DNA of 64,000 nucleotides from Bdellovibrionales bacterium (GTDB lineage Bacteria; Bdellovibrionota; Bdellovibrionia; Bdellovibrionales; UBA1609): NCBI GenBank assembly GCA_965226095.1, contig OZ245336.1, positions 1,033,308 to 1,097,307 of the forward strand, read 5' to 3'. Shown piece by piece: positions 56,381 to 64,000 of this stretch (position 1 is its first letter; each line of letters starts with the position of its first letter). The notes under the pieces were generated by a model. It saw only the letters and a program-made list of their open reading frames with translations, ran no database searches and was not told where the DNA came from. The position numbers and the translations under genes were made by a program.

Positions 56381-59323
56381 TTACTCAAAAAGTTCCGGAG
56401 CAAAACCTCTTCTCAGTTTATTTTCTGTTAAAATTTTAGTGTGCAAGAATTGTTTGAGATATTCCGGCCCTCCAGCTTTGCTTCCTAAGCCGGACATTTT
56501 TCGACCACCAAAAGGATGCCTCTCTACTAAAGCTCCTGTACAGTTTCTATTGATATAAACATTACCTACTTCTACTAAAGATTTAAACTTTTCTATATGA
56601 GAAGGCTGACGGGAATAAAACCCCGCTGTTAAACCAAAAGCGGTCTTATTAACTTGTTTAATAGCTTCTTCCAAATTTTTAACTTTAAAAATAGCTAAGA
56701 CAGGAGCAAAAAGTTCTTTTTGCATAAGGTCTGCATTTTCATCTTCTGCTAAATAAACAACAGGAGGATGAATCCAAGAGGAATGAGATTTTTCAAAACT
56801 TCCTTCAAAAAGTTTTTTGCTTTTTTCCTGTTCTATAAAATTGTTAATTCTTTTAAAAGCTCTTTCATCTACCAAGGGACCCAGGCTCACTTCTGGTTTC
56901 TCTGAAGAACTTATGATAAGACTTTGAACAGCAGGAATAAATCTTTCTATAAAATTTTTATAAACATCTTCTACCACCACCACACGACTACAAGCAGAAC
57001 ATTTTTGCCCTTGGAAACCAAAGGCCGAATCCAAAACTCCGTGAATTGCTTCATCCAAATCCGCCGAGCTATCCACAACAATGGTGTTTTTTCCTCCCAT
57101 TTCCACAATACATTTTTTAATGTCTTTTTGATTCTTGGAAATCTGACCTGCTTTTTTAATAATTTGCGCGCCTACTTCAAAGGAGCCGGTAAAAGAAACA
57201 ATAGAAACTTTAGGGTGAGAGACCAAATAATCACCTATCTCTTCTCCTATTCCGGGGAGAAAAGCAAAACTCTCCTTGGGAAAACCACTTTCCAATAAAA
57301 GCTCCGCCAGCTTTAAGCCAGTTAAACTACTTTGCTCCGCGGGTTTAATAAGCACCGTATTTCCGCAGAGGAGGGGAGCGATGCTCATACCTGTTAAAAT
57401 AGCTAAGGGGAAATTCCAAGGGGAAATAACGGCTGTTGGGCCTATGGCCTCAAAATGATAAAAACTTTCTTCTCCAGCGGTATCACTCGTTTTTTTCTTT
57501 TGGAGGAGCATTTTATAAGACGAGGCATAGTAATTGCAAAAGTCGATAGCTTCTGCCACATCGCCTTGCGCTTCTCTCCAGGTTTTACCCACTTCAAAAA
57601 CCTGAAGAGCCGCAAGTTCGAATTCTTTTTTTTGAAGAAGAAGCGCTAGTTTTTTGGTGCTGTCTATTCGTTTTTGAGGGGCGCTATGCTTCCATTCTTC
57701 AAAAAAAGAACTGGTATAAGAAATCGCTTCCTCTGCTTGATCTTTACTAGCTAAAAAACTATGGCTTATAATTTGATCCGTTCGACTAGGGTTTTTTCTC
57801 TCTAAAATTTGCTCGGAAGTTATTTTTTCTCCTTTTAAAATAAGAGGTACTTCTAAAGGAAATTGTTTTTTTACTTTCTGAAGAGCTATTTGAAAGTTAT
57901 CTCTATTTTCTTTTTTACTAAAATCCAACATGGGATGGTTTTGAAATACTTCTTTTTCCAGTGATTTTGTTTTTTGCTCTATAGAGTTTAAATATTTTTT
58001 AGGATCCGCCAATAATTCTTCTGGCTTTTTATTTTTTAAAAAAGAACTTAAAACAAAAGATTGATTGGCGGTGTTTTCTAAAAGTCTTCGAACAAGGTAG
58101 GACATACCAGGTATAAGTTCTCCTATTGTGGAATAGAGGCGAACACAATAATTTTTTTCTAAAAGCGCTTGAGCTAAACCTTCTCCCATCCCATAAAGCA
58201 CTTGAAACTCCATTTGTGCTTTAGGGTGTAATTTATGTAAAGCCAAACAATAGGCGATTGAACGAATGTTGTGAGAACCTATAGCTATTTTTACTTTTGG
58301 TGCGTTTTCAAAAAGATACTTGGTGCATTTTTCAAAATTAACATCCGTTTCCGACTTATGAGTATAGACGGGGATAGGCCAGTTTTTTTGCTTGGCCAAT
58401 AAAACTTCGGAATCCCAATAAGCTCCTTTTACCAAGCGAATAGTAATGGGTTTTCCTCTTTGTTCAGAAAAACGAACTAATTGCCTTAAATCTTCAAAAC
58501 TATCTTTTAAATAACTTTGAAGGACGATTCCAAAGTGAGGATAGTTCTTAAATTCTTCCTCTATCAGAAGTTCTTTAAAAGTTTCCAGCAGTAAATCTTT
58601 ATGCTCATAATGTTCCACATCTAAGTTGATAAAAATAAAATCATGGACGGCCCTTTGAAAAAGGGGACGCAGTGTTTTCTTTATTTCTTCTTTGGAAAAT
58701 TCCCAGGCTTCCACTTTAATTTGAGAAAAAATAGAAGTGGCTTTAACAGACACATTGATAGAAGGGATAGGGCCTAAGTTATCTGACTGAAGTTTTTCTT
58801 TTTGTGGCCAGTTTTTTATATTTTGAGTAAGGAGATCCATAAGTTCAAGATATTGATGAAAACAGTCTTTAGCTTCTTTTTCGGAGAGAGTCGCTTCATT
58901 TAAAATATCTATAGAAAAAGCTAAATTGTTATTCCAGTTTTTACGGAGAACAGGTAAGGCTTCTTCCACATTAGCACCTGTGATAAATATTTTAGCCACT
59001 TGTTGCACTTGGTTTTTAATATTTTTTACAAACAAACCAGGACTGAGTTTTCCTAATCCAGAACTGATAAAACCTAATTCCTGATCTTTGAAATACTCAT
59101 TAAAAATAGAAAGCACTTTTTTATCTTCTGACTCTGATAAACTGGATAGCACATCTATAAAATGAAAAAGGCGGGTTTTTAGATCATGATTATTCATGGT
59201 CCAGGAGAGCATCTTTTTGTACCACCAGTTTTTTTCCAAAAAGACAGAACCTCCCTTCTGGCTTTTTTTCAAAAGCTCTAGACCATTTTCAAATATCAGT
59301 TTTTCCAAATTTTGATCTTTCAT
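56381..59323 (-). CDS. putA: Bifunctional proline dehydrogenase / L-glutamate gamma-semialdehyde dehydrogenase
   Basis: 980 aa. The N-terminal half is proline-dehydrogenase-like. The C-terminal aldehyde dehydrogenase has EMGGKN and the catalytic Cys block GQKCSA. No N-terminal RHH DNA-binding domain is apparent. Confidence 0.88.
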   Translation of the reverse strand: MKDQNLEKLIFENGLELLKKSQKGGSVFLEKNWWYKKMLSWTMNNHDLKTRLFHFIDVLSSLSESEDKKVLSIFNEYFKDQELGFISSGLGKLSPGLFVKNIKNQVQQVAKIFITGANVEEALPVLRKNWNNNLAFSIDILNEATLSEKEAKDCFHQYLELMDLLTQNIKNWPQKEKLQSDNLGPIPSINVSVKATSIFSQIKVEAWEFSKEEIKKTLRPLFQRAVHDFIFINLDVEHYEHKDLLLETFKELLIEEEFKNYPHFGIVLQSYLKDSFEDLRQLVRFSEQRGKPITIRLVKGAYWDSEVLLAKQKNWPIPVYTHKSETDVNFEKCTKYLFENAPKVKIAIGSHNIRSIAYCLALHKLHPKAQMEFQVLYGMGEGLAQALLEKNYCVRLYSTIGELIPGMSYLVRRLLENTANQSFVLSSFLKNKKPEELLADPKKYLNSIEQKTKSLEKEVFQNHPMLDFSKKENRDNFQIALQKVKKQFPLEVPLILKGEKITSEQILERKNPSRTDQIISHSFLASKDQAEEAISYTSSFFEEWKHSAPQKRIDSTKKLALLLQKKEFELAALQVFEVGKTWREAQGDVAEAIDFCNYYASSYKMLLQKKKTSDTAGEESFYHFEAIGPTAVISPWNFPLAILTGMSIAPLLCGNTVLIKPAEQSSLTGLKLAELLLESGFPKESFAFLPGIGEEIGDYLVSHPKVSIVSFTGSFEVGAQIIKKAGQISKNQKDIKKCIVEMGGKNTIVVDSSADLDEAIHGVLDSAFGFQGQKCSACSRVVVVEDVYKNFIERFIPAVQSLIISSSEKPEVSLGPLVDERAFKRINNFIEQEKSKKLFEGSFEKSHSSWIHPPVVYLAEDENADLMQKELFAPVLAIFKVKNLEEAIKQVNKTAFGLTAGFYSRQPSHIEKFKSLVEVGNVYINRNCTGALVERHPFGGRKMSGLGSKAGGPEYLKQFLHTKILTENKLRRGFAPELFE

Positions 59324-59397
59324 AAAATCTCTTACTTTTTTAAGGAATTTTCTATAAATAAGGGCAAAAATTCAAGTGTATTCTTCTAATTGTCCAT

Positions 59398-59458
59398 GGA
59401 TTCCCGTTTGCACGGGGATGACTGTCACGCTGTCATTTCCACAGAAGCAGAAATCCAG
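59398..59458. repeat. REP-like elements upstream of putA
   Basis: GGATTCCCG-TTTGCA-CGGGGATGAC followed by GTCATTTCCACAGAAGCAGAAATCCAG. They belong to the same family as 722-776, 8275-8329 and 9185-9250. Confidence 0.65.
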
Positions 59459-59507
59459 AGAGATGAATTTAATTGAGAACTAAAAGGCCGCTTGGGGCCT
59501 GTAAACT

Positions 59508-59532
59508 CAAAAGGCCGCCTGAAGGCCTTTTT
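59508..59532 (-). terminator. Candidate bidirectional hairpin terminator after the LRR gene
   Basis: AAAAGGCC-GCCTGAA-GGCCTTTT with flanking A and T runs. A related half-copy (AAAAGGCCGCTTGGGGCCT) lies at 59482-59500. Confidence 0.45.
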
Positions 59533-59587
59533 AGTGTAACATAATATAACTTATCGGGGATTTGAGTATTTATGCTTGAGAGTCCAT

Positions 59588-60152
59588 TTAAAACTTAACC
59601 TTACCGCGCCATTTTCGCCTTACACGTTCTCTTTCTGTTATAGATAAGTTATTTTTAGCTAAATAAAGCTCCCATAAAGAATCTAAATTTGAAAACACAT
59701 CTTTAGGTAAAGAAGACAGGTTATTATATTTAAGGTAAAGAGATTGTAAAGCTTGTAAATCTAAAGAGAAAATAAATCCCTTCAGGCAAGGAAGATAACT
59801 TATTATAAGAAAGAGAAAGCCATTCCAAAGAAGTTAAACCTGAAAAATCATCGAATTGGAGTGTAATGATATTTCTATTGTGCAAATCTAACACCCTAAT
59901 AATGCTTAAATCCTCATCACTTACTTCTGCACAATCAGTTCTATGAAGAAGTTGTTTCAGAATGGCTTTTTGAACCTCCAAAGTTCTATCGCAAACAGTC
60001 TTTTTTGAACTAGGTAGAAGTGGGATTAAAGGTAAATCTTGTTGCTCCTCTTCCCTTCCTTCTTCTTCCTTTAAAATCTCTTCTTCCACTTGAGCGAAAC
60101 CTGTTGAGATATTGAGTAATATAACAACTGCTAAAAGTATTTTTTGAAACAT
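59588..60152 (-). pseudogene. Secreted LRR protein, paralog of 36101..36730, interrupted by a single-base frameshift
   Basis: The ORF 59730..60152 ends ...LSSLPEGIYFLFRFTSFTISLP*. The next frame continues GFIFSLDLQALQSLYLKYNNLSSLPKDVFSNLDSLWELYLAKNNLSITERERVRRKWRGKVKF* down to 59588. Removing one G from the GGG run (plus-strand CCC, 59778-59780) restores a continuous ~187-aa LRR protein. Confidence 0.65.
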
Positions 60153-60262
60153 ATTTTCACCCTCTGCACATCGATATTTAATTAATATTACATTTTGATG
60201 TATACTAAACGATATAATAAATCAAAAGATTATTTTATCATTCACCAGCTATAGTGGCTTAA

Positions 60263-62257
60263 TTACTGCACAGCTTGTTCATTTTGAAAAGAGCATTGAT
60301 TTTTTACATCTTCAATAAATTTGGTTTTTTCTTCCTCACTTACATTAGGATAAAATTTATCGAGGTTTTCTGTAATTTGTTCTTCATCTACTAAGGCATT
60401 TATATGTTCATTCCTTTTGACCATAAAGGTGCTGGTTTGTGAATTGCCATGTTTTTTACTATTATATCTTTCAAACTCTTTTTGAAGTTCTTGTCGTGTT
60501 AATAAAGAATCATTTGACCTTAAAGAGTTATTGAATAATTTTTGTTTATAATCACAAATATTATTTTTTTCACAGTTTTCATTCTGTTTCCTGCATTCAT
60601 ATTGTATTTCATCACATTTTTCAAGCCGTGTATCCTTACTGGAATATGCGCTCAATATCGAATATGGATTAGTTTTATTATTATTATTATCTTTAACGCT
60701 CATTTCAATAATAAAATCGCAAGCGCTATCTTCTTCACACTCTTGCTCAGTAGAGTAATTACAAGTGTTAGGACAATTTTGTGCGGTAACAATTTCTTCT
60801 TTTAAATCTACCATAAACTGTTCAAATCTACCTTTGACATAAGTGTGCCCTCCATTATGGGCTGTATGTACAAAATGTTTTTTTAATTCTGTTGGATTAA
60901 ATAATTTCAGTTTTTTTACTGTTAAATTATCTTTATTATAGGAAAGTTTTTTATGAAAAATATTATAAGCGTCTGTATCATTTACAAGTATCCAAATTTC
61001 ATCAATGGGAATTTTTCCTGTTACGGAGTCAGTAGCTACACCTTCGACAGTGACGATGTCATTATACCCAATAAATTTCTTCTTGAATTTTTGCTCTATG
61101 AAAAAATCTTCTTCGATATTTTCTATATATATTTTTCCTGTATCAGAAAGAGAAGGTTCATCATTATAGTTTGATTCTAATGCAAGCATATGTCTTTTGA
61201 TATTATACATGGAATAAAAAAAACAAGAATAAGGGTCTTGTGTTAAACTACAACTAAGAGGAGCCGATTTTGGTTCTTCTTTATTTTTTGGATGTATTAA
61301 CTTTTCCTCTAAATTTGGACAACGATCTTTAGCTTTAGCGTAGATATTATGATAACCACTATGGTGATCTTCATCATGTTCCGGGCTTATATATTGTCTC
61401 ATGGAATTATAGGTACCAAATGTAATTTGTCCATAACATCTAGCACCACTTCCACTTTTGACATTCAAGTTAAATGCCGATTCATGATTAAATGTTGCAA
61501 AAAAATCATATTTTTCTTTTGTCGAAAGGTTAAAACAATCAGCTACTTCATTAAAAGCCTGGGCAGTCATCTTTACATAATCTTCTGTAAAACAAGGCCT
61601 TCCTTCCTTAGCATTTTTAGCTTTAGGTGGGTTGATATCATTTTTATTGTTACAATGATAATGCTTCATTTGTATATGATGAGATCTTAACATACCTGAG
61701 AAAAAACAGATATCAGCAATACTTTCAGACTTTTCCTGTGTTTGACAAAATTGAATTAATTTTTGCCCTGGAGTATCATCAACTTCTGTATCTGTAAAAA
61801 CTTCTTCATTGGTAGGACTTGTGTCATTTACAACATTGGCTTCACTGTTCCCTTCAGATGGTTTTGCAAGTTGTTGAGGGGGCTCATTGTTTTTCTCACT
61901 GGCATCCATAAAATGCTTTTTATATATATGAGCCATATAGCTAGCAATCATACCTGTCATGCTAAAGCTATCTCCAAAGTTTAAGGAGTCTTTTGGTTCT
62001 TCTTTTGTAGGACATTCCACACAAGGCGCTTGCGCCTCTGTTGCCGCTGGCAATGATGCTTCTTCTGTTTTAATTAAATTTTCAAAGTTTTTACAAACAT
62101 CCAGTGGTATGAAATTATTTGCACCAATGACCACTTGCTTTGTATATTTATTGGCACTATCTGAACAGGTATTTTCCGATTGATAAAAAGTTGAACTGTA
62201 AACAAAGTGGGTGGTTAAAAGAATGCAACAGCTTGATAGGAAATTTACTAGTTTCAT
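60263..62257 (-). CDS. Large secreted Cys-rich protein with a divergent lytic-transglycosylase-like (SLT) motif
   Basis: 664 aa with a signal-like N-terminus. Residues ~256-279, NHESAFNLNVKSGSGARCYGQIT, fit the SLT family pattern E-S-x-F...S-x-x-G-A-x-G-(L/Y)-x-Q. The rest is unrecognised, acidic and Cys-rich. Confidence 0.5.
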   Translation of the reverse strand: MKLVNFLSSCCILLTTHFVYSSTFYQSENTCSDSANKYTKQVVIGANNFIPLDVCKNFENLIKTEEASLPAATEAQAPCVECPTKEEPKDSLNFGDSFSMTGMIASYMAHIYKKHFMDASEKNNEPPQQLAKPSEGNSEANVVNDTSPTNEEVFTDTEVDDTPGQKLIQFCQTQEKSESIADICFFSGMLRSHHIQMKHYHCNNKNDINPPKAKNAKEGRPCFTEDYVKMTAQAFNEVADCFNLSTKEKYDFFATFNHESAFNLNVKSGSGARCYGQITFGTYNSMRQYISPEHDEDHHSGYHNIYAKAKDRCPNLEEKLIHPKNKEEPKSAPLSCSLTQDPYSCFFYSMYNIKRHMLALESNYNDEPSLSDTGKIYIENIEEDFFIEQKFKKKFIGYNDIVTVEGVATDSVTGKIPIDEIWILVNDTDAYNIFHKKLSYNKDNLTVKKLKLFNPTELKKHFVHTAHNGGHTYVKGRFEQFMVDLKEEIVTAQNCPNTCNYSTEQECEEDSACDFIIEMSVKDNNNNKTNPYSILSAYSSKDTRLEKCDEIQYECRKQNENCEKNNICDYKQKLFNNSLRSNDSLLTRQELQKEFERYNSKKHGNSQTSTFMVKRNEHINALVDEEQITENLDKFYPNVSEEEKTKFIEDVKNQCSFQNEQAVQ

Positions 62258-62266
62258 TATAAAATA

Positions 62267-62851
62267 TTATTTCTCATATAAACATTCTAAACCATAGTAA
62301 ATTTGTTTTGCCCATTCATCAGGAAATTCTTTCACAGACGTATTGTCCGGAAGGTTATAATAAAAATGATAATATCTTACAAAAGCATCAAGTATATTAA
62401 TTGAAGGAGACTGTTTTATAGCATCAAAAAGAGGTATGAGTTCTTCAATATTATCTCTAATTGTACGTAAAAATAAACCATCATCACTTTTTAATCTTTG
62501 CTTTAAATAATTTTGAATTACACGCATTAAATCTTTTAATGTATTATGCACATGATCCACTTTTTCGTTTAGTGATTTTTGTGTTTCACAAACAGCAGTA
62601 ATAGCTTGTAAATGTGTACCCACTGCTTTTCTTAATGGTGCTGATTCTAAAGGTTTATAATAATCCTCACCCAATACACTTGCTTTTGATAAGGTATTTT
62701 GATTATTGGCTACATTGCGATTTTTTTCTTCTTTTTTATCTACTGCTTTATTAGGTGATTGAGTTTTTACAGGATCTTGGGAGCTTTGCTGAGCTTGTAA
62801 ATAACATGAAAAAAATAAGCTAAGTATTGAAAAATATATGATTTTTTTCAT
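62267..62851 (-). CDS. Secreted protein or lipoprotein of unknown function
   Basis: 194 aa beginning MKKIIYFSILSLFFSCYLQAQ (possible lipobox). It ends 9 nt before the start of the 664-aa gene. Confidence 0.55.
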   Translation of the reverse strand: MKKIIYFSILSLFFSCYLQAQQSSQDPVKTQSPNKAVDKKEEKNRNVANNQNTLSKASVLGEDYYKPLESAPLRKAVGTHLQAITAVCETQKSLNEKVDHVHNTLKDLMRVIQNYLKQRLKSDDGLFLRTIRDNIEELIPLFDAIKQSPSINILDAFVRYYHFYYNLPDNTSVKEFPDEWAKQIYYGLECLYEK

Positions 62852-62877
62852 TATTAATTCCCTTTTTGCTACAATAA

Positions 62878-62905
62878 ATTATACTCACTTTATATAAAAT
62901 TACAA
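62878..62905 (-). promoter_or_regulatory. Candidate sigma70-type promoter for the 62851->59588 secreted-protein operon
   Basis: On the minus strand it reads TTGTAA (rc of 62900-62905), a 16-nt spacer, then TATAAT (rc of 62878-62883), about 27 nt upstream of the ATG at 62851. Confidence 0.5.
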
Positions 62906-62977
62906 ATTTTTATTTTTTATAGGCAGTTTCACGACCCTGGGAGACAAATAGTGTAAATAATACACAATTTTACAGGT

Positions 62978-63526
62978 TTATGACTTCCTTGAAAACTGCG
63001 CACAAGAATCAATAAATTTTAAAAAATTTTTTGCCTGATTATTCAAACGATTGAGCAGTTGTTTATCTTGTATTTGTCCCTGCTTTAAAATGTTTTCTAT
63101 ATTCTGTAAAAATACCCTCTCCGGATAAATAAAAGCGTTCCGGTAAGCCATGATCTGTTGAAGTTGTTCCACGGCTCTTAAGCCTCCCCACCTGCCTCCT
63201 AATCCAACAAAACTCATAGGTTTTTCAAAACTATCAGGACAGGTCCAATGATCCACAAAGAATTTAAGAATACCAGGAAAAGAACCGTTATATTCCGGAC
63301 AAACAATAGTTAAAGCTTTAGAATTATTAATTTTTTCCACTACCACTTGGATATTTTCTGGCAATTTATTGGGATAGGGATTTTTTAATAAAGATTGAAA
63401 ATCAATGTCCATTAAAGAAATGATTTGCACTGGATAATTCAGCGCTTGATAGATTTTTTCAATAATACAAGCTACTTGATAGGTTTTGGATTTTGGACGA
63501 TTGGTAGCTGAAATAATGTATTTCAT
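62978..63526 (-). CDS. NAD(P)H-dependent FMN reductase-like flavoprotein
   Basis: It starts at [15 protein letters not shown] (Met 46 of the track ORF) and contains IVCPEYNGSFPGILKFFVDHW, typical of the FMN_red/flavodoxin-like fold family. Its ATG overlaps the rpsN stop (TAATG). Confidence 0.7.
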   Translation of the reverse strand: MKYIISATNRPKSKTYQVACIIEKIYQALNYPVQIISLMDIDFQSLLKNPYPNKLPENIQVVVEKINNSKALTIVCPEYNGSFPGILKFFVDHWTCPDSFEKPMSFVGLGGRWGGLRAVEQLQQIMAYRNAFIYPERVFLQNIENILKQGQIQDKQLLNRLNNQAKNFLKFIDSCAQFSRKS

Positions 63527-63831
63527 TACCAGCTGGATTTGATTACACCAGGTATCCTGCCCTGATGAGCTAATTCGCGAAACATCAAACGAGACAAACC
63601 AAAGCGGCGTAAATTCCCTCTGGGACGACCAGTGATATTGCAACGACGGACAACACGGCACAAGGAACTATTTCTAGGCATTTTCTGCAAGGCAATACTG
63701 GCTGAATATCTTTGTTCTTCTGACAATTTTAGATTAGTAACTTTTTTACGCAACTCAGTTCGATAGACTCGACACTTAAGGGCCTTTTCCCTTCTTTTAT
63801 CATTTTTCATAACAGAGCTTTTTTTAGCCAT
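63526..63831 (-). CDS. rpsN: 30S ribosomal protein S14 (long, 101-aa form)
   Basis: It starts at [16 protein letters not shown] (Met 19 of the track ORF) and ends ...[39 protein letters not shown], collinear with E. coli-type S14. Confidence 0.88.
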   Translation of the reverse strand: MAKKSSVMKNDKRREKALKCRVYRTELRKKVTNLKLSEEQRYSASIALQKMPRNSSLCRVVRRCNITGRPRGNLRRFGLSRLMFRELAHQGRIPGVIKSSW

Positions 63832-64000
63832 TTTATTGTTTCCTCTAAAGGTAAAACAGTACCATAAATTTTTAAAATCTGTCAAAATAAAAGTCTGTCT
63901 TATAGTAGTAGCGAATTTAATAAAGCAAGTCTAAAAGTTAAAGCTGTGGTGTACAGCTATAAAAACCTCTTTCTATAGCCTTTTCTTTCTCTTTTACTGG

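Noticed and set aside
56924-57649. Plus-strand ORFs inside putA
   Set aside because: They are antisense to a 980-aa gene with clear catalytic motifs.
60542-62183. Five plus-strand ORFs inside the 664-aa secreted-protein gene
   Set aside because: They are Phe/Ile-rich antisense frames in very AT-rich DNA. The long minus-strand ORF has a signal peptide and a promoter.
63527-63885. N-terminal extensions of the track ORFs 62978..63661 and 63526..63885
   Set aside because: The extensions overlap the neighbouring gene or add non-homologous residues. Internal Met starts give canonical S14 (MAKKSS...) and flavoprotein (MKYIIS...) N-termini with TAATG coupling.

Overview
This is an AT-rich, densely coding bacterial chromosomal window with about 60 credible CDS and one tRNA.

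**Core content (mostly housekeeping):**
- pdxJ, pstS-pstC-pstA-pstB-phoU, and a DHH/NrnA-like phosphoesterase.
- mgtE, greA, a histidine-kinase-like ATPase, alr, purH, PIN-PhoH2, and an FHA-GGDEF protein.
- Glutamate dehydrogenase, pyrD, two IHF/HU genes, valS, prpD-prpB-prpC, and mrp.
- yicC-gmk-rpoZ-(LRR gene)-spoT, carD-gltX-uvrB, an FKBP isomerase, and a mevalonate-kinase-like GHMP kinase.
- pheS-pheT-ihfA-merR, a VKOR-DsbA fusion, Leu/Val dehydrogenase, and a YfgM-like/BamB-like pair.
- Thiolase plus CoA-transferase subunits A and B, putA, and a stand-alone rpsN.

**Likely source.** CarD, PIN-PhoH2, a mevalonate-type kinase, heavy amino-acid/ketone catabolism and many Cys-rich secreted proteins are compatible with a Bdellovibrio/Oligoflexia-like Gram-negative. 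This is inference only.

**What I did not see.** There is no CRISPR array, cas gene, transposase, integrase, reverse transcriptase or complete known defence system.

**Most unusual signals:**
1. An exact 200-bp-period, hairpin-rich module is repeated twice behind tRNA-Arg(CCT). Each copy is bounded by a copy of the tRNA 3' end, and an orphan BrnA-like antitoxin with a palindromic operator lies next to it.
2. Inverted copies of about 1.1 kb of a multi-copy HNH-family gene bracket the pdxJ-pst-phoU-DHH block. One copy is decayed.
3. A family of REP-like palindromic elements is present. One lies in frame inside the HNH-family gene, and another forms a nested 54-bp tandem array.
4. Two secreted Cys-rich genes share a promoter motif and a signal peptide.
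5. An operon of three secreted proteins includes a 664-aa protein with a divergent lytic-transglycosylase-like motif, followed by a frameshifted LRR paralog.
6. A 115-bp element with 18-bp perfect terminal inverted repeats lies between prpD and prpB.

None of these amounts to a demonstrably complete novel system. All calls come from reading the sequence and ORF translations by eye, with no searches run.
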